Of a stretch of DNA of 64,000 bases, positions 1 to 12,513 are shown piece by piece. The notes beneath the pieces were generated by a model. That model worked only from the letters and a program-made list of their open reading frames with translations, ran no database searches and had not been told where the DNA came from. Numbering within the stretch: the stretch's first letter is position 1; the number at the start of each line of letters is the position of its first letter. Made by a program: the position numbers and the translations under genes. Source of the DNA: Octopus sinensis (taxonomy: Eukaryota); assembly GCF_006345805.1 (NCBI RefSeq), contig NC_043005.1, forward strand, positions 23,002,001 through 23,066,000, read 5' to 3'.

Positions 1-39
1 AGAAAAAGAGGAACAAAGAAAGAAAAAAGGGAATAAACA

Positions 40-2235
40 TCAATGCAATACCAAGTACTTCAATTGGTCGCACACCACAAGGTTCGACGGAACTTACTGA
101 AGCAAGTCAACATGTAAGATCATTTGGTCTCTTCGCATCACTTCTGGATAACCCCGCCACATGAGGGGGTATTAACACGAGCCAGGGCATACAAAATGAT
201 TAAGTTTAGCTCGGTGTGACGAGCGAAGTGATTGGCATTTAGGCGGCAAAACAGACCGTGAAAACCTATGGAGTCAAGGAGCCTACCACAGCAACATCTC
301 AGTCCCCTACAGACGTCGGCTCCCATTCTGAGTGCGATGGAGATGTGGAGCTCATCTAGACTGAGTAGACCACTAATGTGTCTAGAATTTTTCACAAGCA
401 GGAAGTAGGCGGCACCTTGAAAATTGATCAGATTGATCAAGGAGGGAGTCGAAAGTGACACTTGAGCGCATACTCTCTGCTTCTATCTATCCTCAACTGT
501 AACAGGGACTGACAAACCCAGTTCTCTCCACTGTAACAGAACTTCATCCATCTCCTTGTTGGAACTAGTCCATGTTGGAGAGCAGGCAAAACGGAAAGAA
601 AACAGGGAAGAGATAGAGACAAGCACTTACGCAAACCTCGGCCCCCAAACCGTTTGGGCAAAGCAGCCTGGTCGTGGGACTCTGGAGAGAATCTGACAAT
701 GACCAAGCTTTCGAGTTTCCTGAAGATTGGGTCGTCAAAGTATTGAAGAGACGACAAGAATCTATAAGGACTAACTCTAAGAAAATACAACTTAGGAATC
801 GACAAGTAATTCCTAAGTATTAAAAATCCTGGTTGGCCTCAATTACCTCAAAGTTTTTTAGAAGTTGCTCAAGGTTAACCATATTGGGTCGAAAGATGGA
901 CTCGAGAGCTCGGTCGGTAATTGGGGCTCCAACGGAGCACCATGCTGGTGAAGGAGGAACCGCAATAGAAGGGAAGGAGTCTGTAAACAAGTTTACAGTC
1001 TGCTGATGTGAAACTGGATGACTGAGGAGCCAGAGCACGCATTTGAAACTATTACGGCTAAGCTCCCTACGACCAAGTTCCTCAATCATCGTCCTCGCAG
1101 TTGCAAGGACTTTGTCAGGGGAGCTCCTACCCCACCAAAACAAGCATCGTAGAGATACCAGACAATCAAGTCTAGGTCAGCTCCCATCGTTGTAACATCA
1201 TCATTACCCAGTGCAAACAGAGCAGGCCCAAGTGTGTCACCTTGTTGGACTCCAGGGGCAGATAGGATGAGGTAGTCACCAAAAGAGCGGTAAGAGGGCT
1301 TCCGATAAGCTTGCCAAACAAAGTAATAGAGCTGTGGAGCATTCTCCCTTACTGCCCGGAGGGTGACATCCCGACTGATGGAACTGAAGGCATTCCTGAA
1401 GTCTAGTTTGAGGATGACCTTTTAGGACTGTGAGAGTAAATTGGTGAAAGCTCTAGTGGCATAAGCAGCAGCCTCACAACCTAGCTTAGTACTCACTAAG
1501 TAGGGGAAAATTCGGTGGACAGGCAGTGAGAAGCCGAAGACAGACACACTTTTGCTGTGAACCGTCGCAGAGCACAACCAACTATTATAGGGCGGAGATC
1601 ACCACTGAGTTTGGTGAGACCAAATATTTTAGCCCCAAAGAACAAGGGACAAGGACAAATTTATGAACTGCGTTAGGATCTCTAAGAGCTCAAGACCAGC
1701 ATCACCAGTTGACAAGGAAATACCGTCTTTGAGATGCTGAGGTCGTAAGCCATCAATCCCAGTGCCAGAACCCGCCGAAAATTATGCAATGGCCTTCCTG
1801 ACATTGTCGGAGTGAAAACAGGTTGTAGAAAGCCTGGTAGGTCGTGCCAGTGTAGGGAGTCATCTGAAGGGGCAAGAAGATGTTTCTCTTTCAGTCGATT
1901 GAAGGAATCTGTGGTACACTGGGCGAGGGAGAACAGAGAGTAGGAGGAGGCGTCAATTTCTTTAGGTTAGGTAGTCAACCATTGTTCGGAGTTGTGTTGA
2001 TCACCGACCTGAGATGAACAGTGGTTGGGGTGGACTCTAACAGACCGAACTGCCGTTTAAGGGAAAGGGTGAGGGATCCAGTACTCACGTTCGTCACATG
2101 GAGAGAGACCAGAGAGAATAGGGACAGTTTCTCGAGTTGTTGGATAGGCAGACGTTCTTCAAGTTTCGAGAGAACAGAGGTGAAACAAGTCTGAGCTCCC
2201 TTACGGATCGATGAACTTCAAAACAAAAACCAGAA
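40..2235 (-). mobile_element. Degenerate CRE-clade non-LTR retrotransposon (RT + restriction-like endonuclease), frameshifted
   Basis: Minus-strand translation gives RT motifs LRPIIVGCALRRFTAK (~1555-1605), KLGCEAAAYATRAF (~1445-1490), ILKLDFRNAF (~1388-1418) and GVQQGDTLGPALF...WYLYD (~1150-1255). These are followed by the CCG..D..G.HGL.C...RH..LN knuckle (~190-300) and the RLE core SDAKRPNDLT (113-142), the CRE-type DGKRPDG motif. Confidence 0.8.
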
Positions 2236-4545
2236 ATTTGATTCCACTAAACCGGTATAACTATTGTTATTTCTATATAACTTATGGGAAAATGTATAGT
2301 TTTTAATGAAACTTCGCTTTTTCCCCCGTAGATTTATAGCTCGAAACATCAACATCTTGTAATGTTTCGACAAAATATCATTTAAAGATATGCGTGTTAA
2401 AGAGATTTATGAGGAAACAAATTTGGGAAGAGGAAGAATGATCTGAAACTCCTCCAAATTTTTTTTCTACATTTTAGCAACATAATTGTAATCTTCAATA
2501 TCGAAAAGTATCTCTGCAAATTTCACTAATAAATTAGGCCTATACATTTTTTCAGAAAGTTACGAGGGAACCGGTGGGAGGCACTGAACTGTAGCTATGC
2601 CATTAAATCACACTATTTTCCACAAATCAACAAAAGCACCAACTTTATGCAAGAAGACAAAAGAAAATTCTTCAACAGACGAAAGAAAACAGAAATTTTC
2701 CTTCAACATAGTCCAAAATTTAAGTTAAAATATTTCCCGCAAAAACAGTATTTTTCAAAAATTTTGTTGTGTTCAAGAACGCCTCATACGAACCAACGAG
2801 AGAGCCCCTATGTGATAATTCTAAGTGTTAGAAATAGAGGCCAAGATTGTCTTTAATCACATCCAACCGACTTTTAAAACAGGGATTCATTGAACAAAAA
2901 TTATCTGTTTCTTCTTTAACGGATTTATTTTTTATATTTATTTACAATATTGACCTATGAAAAGGTTTTGAACGTTGACATTTCACAGTGAAATACTTTC
3001 TTGGGGGCTCTGACTTTAAAAACAAAAATAAGAGGTTAAGTGGGGGAAAGTTCTAAAAAATGATAACCGGTCTCTCACATTTGTTAAAACTGAAAATAAA
3101 ACGTGCGCGAAGATAAGTTAACAAACTGGTGACTGCTTTTGTCCTGTTGAAATTATCGCACCGAAGATCAACTTTACCTTTCACCCTTCAGGGGTCGATA
3201 AAATGAAATATTAATCACTGCTCCCCTTGCACTAAATGACTGGCTTTGGAATTATTTTTAAAATTATTGACTACTCTCACCCAGAAATGGGCCGAGAGGA
3301 AGCTATCCATGAAAGGTCGGATGGGCTAACACATAGGGACAGTTTCTCGAGTTGTTGGATAGGCAGACGTTCTTCAAGTTTCGAGAGAATAGAGGTGAAA
3401 CAAGTCCGACCTCCCTTACGGATCGATGAACTTCAAAACAAAAACCAGAAATTTGATTCCACTAAACCGGTATAACTATTGTTATTTCTACATAACTTAT
3501 GGAAAAATGTATAGTTTTTAATGAAACTTCGCTTTTTTCCCCCGTAGATTTATAGCTCGAAACATCAACATTTCGTAATGTTTCGACAAAATATCATTTA
3601 AAGATATGCATGTTAAAGAGATTTATGAGGAAACAAATTTGGGAAGAGGAAGAATGATCTGAAACTCCTCCAATTTTTTTTCTACATTTTAGCAACATAA
3701 TTGTAATCTTCAATATCGAAAAGTATCTCTGCAAATTTCACTAATAAATTAGGCCTATACATTTTTTCAGAAAGTTACGAGGGAACCGGTGGGAGGCACT
3801 GAACTGTAGCTATGCCATTAAATCACACTATTTTCCACAAATCCACAAAAGCACCAACTTTATGCAAGAAGACAAAAGAAAATTCTTCAACAGACGAAAG
3901 AAAACAGAAATTTTCCTTTAACATAGTCCAAAATTTAAGTTAAAATATTTCCCGCAAAAACAGTATTTTTCAAAAATTTTGTTGTGTTCAAGAACGCCTC
4001 ATACGAACCAACGAGAGAGCCCCTATGTGATAATTCTAAGTGTTAGAAATAGAGGCCAAGATTGTCTTTAATCACATCCAACCGACTTTTAAAACGGATT
4101 CATTGAACAAAAATTATCTGTTTCTTCTTTAACGGAATTATTTTTTATATTTATTTACAATATTGACCTATGAAAAGGTTTTGAACGTTGACATTTCACA
4201 GTGAAATACTTTCTTGGGGGCTCTGACTTTAAAAACAAAACTAAGAGGTTAAGTGGGGGAAAGTTCTAAAAAATGATAACCGGTCTCTCACATTTGTTAA
4301 AACTGAAAATAAAACGTGCGCGAAGATAAGTTAACAAACTGGTGACTGCTTTTGTCCTGTTGAAATTATCGCACCGAAGATCAACTTTACCTTTCACCCT
4401 TCAGGGGTCGATAAAATGAAATATTAATCACTGTTCCCCTTGCACTAAATGACTGGCTTTGGAATTATTTTTAAAATTATTGACTACTCTCACCCAGAAA
4501 TGGGCCGAGAGGAAGCTATCCATGAAAGGTCGGGTGGGCTAACAC
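2118..4545. repeat. Head-to-tail tandem duplication, 1215-bp period (2118-3332 and 3333-4545)
   Basis: atagggacagtttctcgag begins at 2118 and at 3333; both units end with gggctaacac; only scattered differences. Confidence 0.95.
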
Positions 4546-4959
4546 GTACGTCCCGTCCATCATCTATTACCGCTTGACTGTCGTGCCTTGTCCCGGTCCC
4601 GAATTTTTTTTTCCCCCACGAGAGTTCCTGACCCCAGTTAAGAACTCATTTGCATACAGTCAATCAGAGCTCGACTATCAAACTAATTTAAAGAAATCCT
4701 TAACTCTGCGGCCATATACACATGTAACAAAAAAAAAATGAATCACATCAACATACATGGTGACTACATCACACCAACAGATAGCATATCGACACATAAA
4801 AATCATCATAACACAACTTTTTAAGAACCAAATATCCCTATGGAAAAAGAGATCTTCGAGGAAAAGACCTGGAAATACTCATAACTAATAGTGCGGCTGC
4901 AACGCCAGTCCTTCCACAGAAATAAGGTAAACAATCCTTCTCACTTTTATTAGCGAAGC

Positions 4960-5945
4960 CTTTCTCAGAACAGAAAGTGAATGCACGTAGTCCGAATGTT
5001 GCCTTGGAAGCAAGGCCTTCTGCTCAACGAACTCAGGTCACTAGATCTAGATGTGGTGGCCATCAGCAAGACCAGAATTTCCGAAGCACAAGCAACGGCT
5101 ACGAGGCCTACGCATTTTGGGATCGAACGGGATTGGAAGATGGAATCGCTGTATTGTTTCGGAAGGAACTATATCTCACGAGGTAGAGTATCTTCCTGAA
5201 GCCTGAAGGTATGTCGTGGTATTGGACGTGACTAGTAGGAAAGGTTATATAGTGGCGACCATATTTCTTCATGCATCTGGAGGTCTTCCTAGACATGCCC
5301 CGTTCATTAGTGGCAGAACATCATCTTAGATACCCGCTTAGATATGTGGGGTTAGCTGAAAGAGGTGAGAATGCAAATGCCCTCCGAAGATGCTCAGACG
5401 TTTTTGCCTGATATGTACCGACTAGATGTCCCAAATGTGTTAATGCGGACATTGATAAACCGTAATGAGTTATCCATATCGTATTTACAAAGAGTATTCT
5501 GTATCCTGTAGATAAGGATGGCATAGGTTGTCCACAATTGAAAGTGGCCGGCTACATAGACAACAAATTTGTGGCATGTACAATCGACCCAGATAGACTT
5601 TGTAAACAGGACCCGGCTACTGGAAGCTGGACAGGATTAGTGGATTAGTTAACTATGTGTTGACGGGAGCAATAGTCAACAACAAATAATGACCCACCTT
5701 GAAAAACAAAATTAGAGCAGAATCGACAGAGTTTAGTAAGGAATTAACTATAGAAAAAACAAAACTAGAGAAGATGAAGTTAGAAACCTAGAAGAGGCGC
5801 TCAGTAAAAGCATCACGACTGACGTGCTTGCGTTAAGTTTGGCACTCGACAATTTCTTTAATGTGAAGTACCGAAGGCTGCTTTCTCAGGGCTAAGGCAC
5901 GTGCTCTAAGACATGGAGGAACGAAAGCCGTTCGATGGGCCTGGG
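4960..5945 (+). mobile_element. Degenerate L1/Tx1-like LINE ORF2 fragment (APE endonuclease and linker)
   Basis: NARS..KQGLLLNELRSLDLDVVAIS.TRIS (APE N-terminus, 4977-5085) and GPGYWKL (5609-5629), typical of L1/Tx1; many stops and frameshifts. Confidence 0.6.
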
Positions 5946-6135
5946 TTGAGGAAGACAGTGGGTATGTTATCCGATGTGTACAGTATTATATATTCATTAC
6001 AGCCGATCTCACCATCAGTTTCGCGCTAGGGATTCAACGGAATGTTAGGTAATAAGCGATAGCTGTGGTGAAATGAAATATGGCAGATTGGTAAGATTGG
6101 CCGTATTGGATCTATAATACTGTACACTCCTGATA

Positions 6136-6137
<2 letters not shown>

Positions 6138-6207
<70 letters not shown>
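6138..6207. repeat. (TA)n microsatellite at the 5' junction of the RTE LINE
   Basis: Direct reading. Confidence 0.95.
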
Positions 6208-6209
<2 letters not shown>

Positions 6210-9020
6210 GTAGATAAAGTAATTGAGGTAATCAGAGTATGTGACAGAATACTTAAGATTAGATTAGTGCTTCATCATAGTTTAGCAACCATTATATCAG
6301 CCTATGCTCCTCAGTCGGGGCTACCCGATGGACAGAAAGACCGATTCTATGACACTCTACTGCAGACTACCTCGTTGACGAACGACAGAGACCTTATCTT
6401 TGTGGCTGGTGACTTCAATGGTCACGTTGGACGACATGCTGGGGGCTTCCATGGCGTACATGGAGGCTATGGCTATGGCTCCCGCAACGAGGAGGGAACC
6501 AGGCTGCTGGAGTTCTGCGATGCAAATAATCTTATGATTTGCAACACTAACTTCAGGAAACCTACCAGCCACCTAGTCACTTACCAATCGGGCCAACATA
6601 CCAGCCAAATTGACTACATCCTTACAAGGCAAAGGGAGAGATGGCTGCTTATAAATGCCAAAACCTTCCCAGGTGAAGAATGTACCCCACAACATAGACT
6701 GGTAGTTAGTGACTTTAGGATCAGGACTAGGAGGACAACCAGAAGACGACAAATATGGAGAAGAAGGATCTGGAAGCTTAAAGATCCTGCAAATGGACAG
6801 AGATTTAGGGACATATTACTTGAAGCCTCTGACGAAGTAGAAGGGGATAGAGCATCACAGGGGGTAGAAGACAGCTGGACGTTTCTAAGGGACAACCTGC
6901 TGAGAGCCACTGACCAGATCTGTGGCTGGTGCAAAGTCCCCTCTCGACCTAGAATAACGTGGTGGTGGAACAATATTGTAGACAGGGCTATTAGAGAAAA
7001 GAGACAGGCTTGGAAGGTCTGGAAAAATGGGGGTAGCAGGGGATTGTATCAGACTGCCAAAAGAGAAGCTAGGAGACAGGTTTATTTAGCCAGAGGGGAA
7101 GCAGATAAGAAAAAATTTGCCAATGTTCTGCGCCGTGAGGACCAAAGACTGGAGGTGTTTCGTGTTGCAAGACAGTGTGTGAGAGAGAATCGTGATGTGG
7201 TAGGAGAGAAGTGTGTTCGCATGGAAGATGGTTCACTTGCGCTAAATGAGGATGCAAAGAGAGAGGTTTGGAGATGCCACTATGAAAGGTTGCTGAATGA
7301 AGAAAATGAATGGGATAAAGAGAGTCTGCCGAATGTTGACCCAACAGAGGGACCAGCTATCCGAGTTGATAGTTCCGTGGTAGCTAAGGCAATTAGAAGC
7401 ATGAAGACAGGGAAAGCCCCAGGCCCATCAGGAATCACTGCAGAGATGCTCAAAATGTCTGGTAGTGTCGGCTATAGCCTAGTCACCCGTATAGTTAATC
7501 AGGTGATACACAAAGGGGTCATACCCAATGACTGGTGTAGCAGTATAATAGTCAACTGCTACAAAGGTAAAGGTGATGCCCTAGATACAAATAACTACAG
7601 AGGTATCAAGCTGTTGGACCAGGTGATGAAGGTTACGGAGAGGGTCATAGCCCAACTAATTAGAGAGAGAGTTAGTTTAGATGAGATGCAGTTTGGGTTT
7701 GTGCCAGGGAAAAGTACTACTGATGCTATATTCCTGGTAAGGCAGCTGCAGGAGAAATACCTAGCCAAAGATAAGCCCCTGTACCTGGCTTTTGTTGACA
7801 TGGAGAAAGCCTTCGACAGGGTCCCCCGATCCCTTATCTGGTGGGCAATGGGGAAACTAGGGATAGATGAATGGTTAGTGAGAGCTGTGCGGGCCATGTA
7901 CAGGGACGCCGCTAGTAGGGTGAGGGTTGGAAATGTGTACAGTGAAGAATTCCGGGTAGAGGTAGGAGTCCACCAAGGCTCAGTACTCAGCCCCCTCCTA
8001 TTTATCATAGTCCTCCAGGCAATAACGGAGGAATTCAAGACAGGATGCCCTTGGGAGCTCCTCTATGCTGATGACCTTGCTCTAATTGCTGAGTCGCTAT
8101 CAGAACTGGAGGAGAAGTTTCAGGTGTGGAAACAAGGATTAGAATCGAAGGGCCTCAGAGTCAATCTAGCTAAAACCAAAGTCGTAATCAGTAGGAAGGT
8201 AGACAAATCACAAACACCTTCAGGTAGATGGCCCTGCTCGATCTGTAGAAAAGGTGTAGGTAGAAACTCTATAAGATGCACCAAGTGTAAGCTATGGACA
8301 CATAAGAGATGCAGCAATGTCAAAGGAAGGCTAACTAGGAAGATGGTTTTTGTATGTGGCAGATGCTCAGGAACAATAAACACTGAAAATGCTCTGAGAC
8401 CAACTTCCGTCACTTTCCAGGGAGAAAAACTAGAAATAGTTGATAGTTTCCGTTACCTAGGTGACCAAGTCAGCAGCGGGGGCGGGTGTGCTGAAAGTGT
8501 AACTGCTAGAGTAAGAATAGCTTGGGCAAAGTTCAGAGAGCTCTTACCTCTGCTGGTGACAAAAGGCCTCTCGCACAGAGTGAAAGGCAGACTGTATGAT
8601 GCGTGTGTACGAACAGCCATGCTACATGGCAGTGAAACATGGGCCGTGACTGCTGAGGATATGCGTAAGCTCGCTAGAAATGAAGCCGGTATGCTCCGAT
8701 GGATGTGTAATGCCGGTACTCACACTCGGCAGAGTGTAAGTACCTTGAGAGAAAAGCTGGACCTAAGAAGCATCAGTTGTGGTGTGCAAGAGAGACGTTT
8801 GCGCTGGTATGGTCATGTGGCGAGAATGGATGAAGATAGTTGTGTGAAAAAGTGCCACACCCTAGCGGTTGAGGGAACCTGTGGAAGAGGCAGACCCAGG
8901 AAAACCTGGGACGAGGTGGTGAAGCACGACCTTCGAACTTTAGGTCTCACTGAGGAAATGACTAGAGACCGAGACCTCTGGAAGTGTGCTGTGCGCGAGA
9001 AGACCCGGCAGGACAAGTGA
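6207..9020 (+). CDS. RTE ORF (partial APE endonuclease + reverse transcriptase + PHD-type finger); no native start
   Basis: The frame is open from tgg at 6207 (WVDKVIEVIRVCDRILKIRLV) through SAYAPQ, GDFNGHVG, YRGIKLL, DMEKAFD, GVHQGSVLSP, YADD (8064-8075) and YLG (8454-8462) to the stop at 9020. The track start at 6267 is an internal GTG. Confidence 0.92.
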
Positions 9021-9634
9021 GTCCATAACCCGTGGCCTTCTACATGGGATGGAGCCAGCCTACGTATGCATACCTTCCCTTCTTGGGACACAAAACTCTA
9101 CTTGTGAAGACGTGATGAGGCAAGTGAGGATCAGAATCGAAATCGATCAATGGAAATTGCGGATGTGCTACCAGTGCCGGTGGCATGTCAAAACTCTGCT
9201 TGTGAAGACCCGTTGAGGCAAGTGACGATCAGAATCGAAATCGATCAATGGAAATCGATCAATGGAAATTGCAGATGTGTTACCAGTGCCGGTGGCATGT
9301 AAGAGAACTTTCCGTTTCGCGACCGTTGCCAGCACCGCCCCGTTTCGTGTCCGTTGCCAGCCTCGCCTGGCCCTCGTGCCGGTGGCACATAAAAAGCACC
9401 ATCCGTTCGTGGCCGTTTGCCAGCTCTGTCTGGCACCAGTGCGGGTGGCACGTAAAAAGCACCCACTACACTCACGGAGTGGTTGGCGTTAGGAAGGGCA
9501 TCCAGCCGTAGAAACACTGCCAGATTTGACTGGGCTTGATGAAGCCTTCTGGCTTCACAGACCCCAGTAGAACCGTCCAACCCATGCTAGCATGGAAAAC
9601 GGACGCTAAACGATGATGATGATGATGATGATGA
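6207..9634 (+). mobile_element. Young 5'-truncated RTE-clade LINE with 3'UTR and (GAT)n tail
   Basis: Open APE-RT frame; about 590-bp 3'UTR ending catggaaaacggacgctaaac(gat)n; (TA)n on both sides. Confidence 0.93.
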
Positions 9635-9682
9635 TATATATATATATATATATATACACATACACACATATATATATATATG

Positions 9683-9722
<40 letters not shown>

Positions 9723-9772
9723 CATATAGGTGTTATACAGGTGTACATACACACACAAACACACACACACAT
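9635..9772. repeat. Compound (TA)n/(CA)n microsatellite
   Basis: Direct reading. Confidence 0.9.
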
Positions 9773-10229
9773 ATGTTAGCGATATAAATAAATACCTTGG
9801 CTAGTACTATATTTTATCAACGCTGAAAGGATGACAGGCAAAGTTGAGATCAGCAGGATTTGAACTAAGAACATAAGGAGCCAGAAAAAAAAATATCGGG
9901 AAAAAAAAACATTTCTTCTGATACTCCGACGATTCTTCCAAGCCACCACACTTCATCTGTTTCTGATTTAGACACAAAGCCACCAGTAGGGTGACAAACC
10001 TAATTGATACAATGGCCCAATAGGCAGAAGTTGGTTCATAATTTATACATAATCATATCTATATAAGTACAGCGACTGTGGATCGCATATATATATATAA
10101 AAATTGAATTAGAGATTGTGTTAACCCCATGAAGGAATGGTTTCATCCAAGGAAATACTGGTTCAATACCTAGTAGTTTGGAGGAATGAATTTCCTTAAA
10201 ATAATAGATATATGTAAAAACATATAGTT

Positions 10230-10573
10230 TATATTCATTTAAAAGAAGAAAATAGAGATTGAGAAGTTAATAATTGTTTATTATTAACAGCAAATTGGTC
10301 ATCTCTACTTACAGCCGTTTCTATTAATACTCAATAAACATTAAATTTAGCATTTTAGAAGTCTGCTAAAATGAATTCACAAACATACAAATCGCATCCA
10401 AAGGTATATCTTTTTTCCTCTGATGATATTATGCTCATGTCACATAAATGTAAATGTAATGTCTATTGAGTACTAATAGAAAAGGCTGTAAGTGAAGATG
10501 ACCAATTTGCTGTTAATAATAAACAATTATTAACTTCCCAATCTCTATTTTCTTCTTCTTTTAAATGTATATA
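10230..10573. mobile_element. MITE-like element with about 110-bp imperfect terminal inverted repeats
   Basis: 10230-10343 is the reverse complement of about 10458-10573 (aagaaaatagagattg..aattggtcatc / gatgaccaatt..caatctctattttctt); TA-rich flanks. Confidence 0.7.
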
Positions 10574-11229
10574 TAATTAGAAATTAGAAAAAAACACCTT
10601 TTATCAATTCAAAATGAAAAATTAAATTACACCATCTAGAAAATTACATATAATAGAAATATTAAATATAAGATAAAAATAATATACCGATGATTAAGTA
10701 ATGTGCAAAATAATAAATAAGAGACGTATATATTTGGTAGAATAACGATACGTGTTTCGTGGCTATATTTAAGAAATTAATTTTGTTAGACAATAGATTA
10801 TTTAATCATTAGGTGGTATATCTATTAAGTAGTATTACATTTAAGTAAATTAGGTTTTATATTAATTGATATTTTGGTCAACATTATTATTGAGTGATAT
10901 ATTAAATCTATAGATACTACATATATATTAATTATATAGTTAGTTTATTTAATAAGTGTGCCTATATTTGAACCATTTCTTATTTTGATTCCAGTATTTG
11001 TGGCTTGTACTAGCATAGTGTATATTAATTAATTTTAAGGTTTTAGTATTAATTGCTTAATGGATATTAGACTGTATTTGGATGTTTATTAAATAAATAT
11101 ATTAATTAATAATCTGATTTAATGTATATAGTTTAAAGTGTTGTATTTAGTTTTCACTTAATGTATATTTAGTATCATATCTATAAAAGGCATGATATGT
11201 GTGTGCGTGCGTGTGTGTGTACGTGATTG

Positions 11230-11796
11230 CAATTTATGCACGTCCACAAATTAGCACGCATGTCGCTCAAATTTTAGGAGAACATTCGTCAACATCCTAC
11301 CAGGGTTTTGTCAACTTATTTTTTTCCCGAGGCACCCGCGGATAGCGGTAAAATTTTATTTTCAGCCATAGCGTTTAGCCATAAAAAATATCAGCGTCTA
11401 ACAAAAAAAAATAAGATAAAGAAAAGTGGAAGAAGGAGGCAGAGAGTTTCACGGGAAAGACAAAGTGAGAGAGAGAGAGGGAGAGAGAGTAACGACGTTC
11501 ATAAAAAATAAAATGTTTTGTTTTTTCTTAAACACGAGATATAGTGTTCAAATTCAGGATGTTTTTGAAAGACACTATATTTTATAATCATAGTATATAT
11601 ACTTTCTCACACAACAATTACAATATATTTATTTTAAATCATTTATTTATTTTAAATCGTTCATCTTTCTCCCCACCCCTCTCTCTCTCACGCATTACTC
11701 TGGGTGCGAAAGAGTTTTGTTTTTATTTTACGCCAAGTAAAAAAGTGTTTTGTTGAGAATCCATGTATTTAACAACAAAGAAACAAAGAGGTGAGT
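11230..11796 (+). promoter_or_regulatory. Candidate promoter/first exon ending at a consensus splice donor
   Basis: Locally CpG-richer unique sequence; perfect AG|GTGAGT donor at 11791. No transcript evidence. Confidence 0.3.
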
Positions 11797-12094
11797 AACA
11801 ATTTGTCAGTGAATTACACAATATAAATGGGTACAATTTCCGAGGCTTCCACCACACCCTCACTCCGTTTCACGGACCACAAAAAGGGTTTTGTAACATA
11901 TTAGGATGCCAGAGTAGTTGATTCCACGCAAAAAAAAACGCTTTTTTTTCTTAGTGAAAATCGTGCGAGTGTTAATCAACAAATTTAACAACATTTTTTC
12001 CACTCATTTCTGTTTATGAACATGTATGCATGCACAAAACATGCAAAAGGTGTACGTACATACGTGTGCGTATGTGTGTTTGTGTCTGTTGCCC

Positions 12095-12095
12095 A

Positions 12096-12165
<70 letters not shown>
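12095..12165. repeat. (TA)n microsatellite
   Basis: Direct reading. Confidence 0.9.
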
Positions 12166-12167
<2 letters not shown>

Positions 12168-12295
12168 ATATAACCAATTTCAACGGATTTCGCCCAAATT
12201 TGACGTCCATATTACTTAGTTTGGTTTGAAATAAAGAACTTGATTAACTTAATAATCGTAACTTAATCCCGAACAAGGCCGGGTTGTACTGCTAG
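12166..12295 (+). mobile_element. Non-autonomous Helitron-like 3' end
   Basis: Hairpin cccg-aacaaggc-cggg (12268-12283) followed by CTAG (12292-12295) and T, the canonical Helitron 3' signature. Confidence 0.5.
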
Positions 12296-12455
12296 TCTTA
12301 CATATTGTAGTTATTTTTAACCTGATGAGTGGCTATATTTATATCGAAGTGATTTTACTACTACTACTAATATTTTTACTATAATCATTTCTTAAATATA
12401 ACCACAAAACACAACCCGTCTGATTAGGGTACACTAGGCACATGCATCACAACCA

Positions 12456-12456
<1 letters not shown>

Positions 12457-12513
<57 letters not shown>
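12457..12513. repeat. (TAT)n microsatellite
   Basis: Direct reading. Confidence 0.95.

Noticed and set aside
4640-4670. Octamer ATTTGCAT as part of an snRNA promoter targeted by the Tx1-like element
   Set aside because: No snRNA sequence recognisable nearby.
6357-9580. Antisense and alternative-frame ORFs over the RTE, and ORFs over microsatellites elsewhere
   Set aside because: Shadows of the LINE frame or low-complexity translations (poly-IY, poly-Y, poly-L, poly-HT).
12320-12350. CTGATGAG as a hammerhead core
   Set aside because: No stem II and no GAAA in register (gaag instead).
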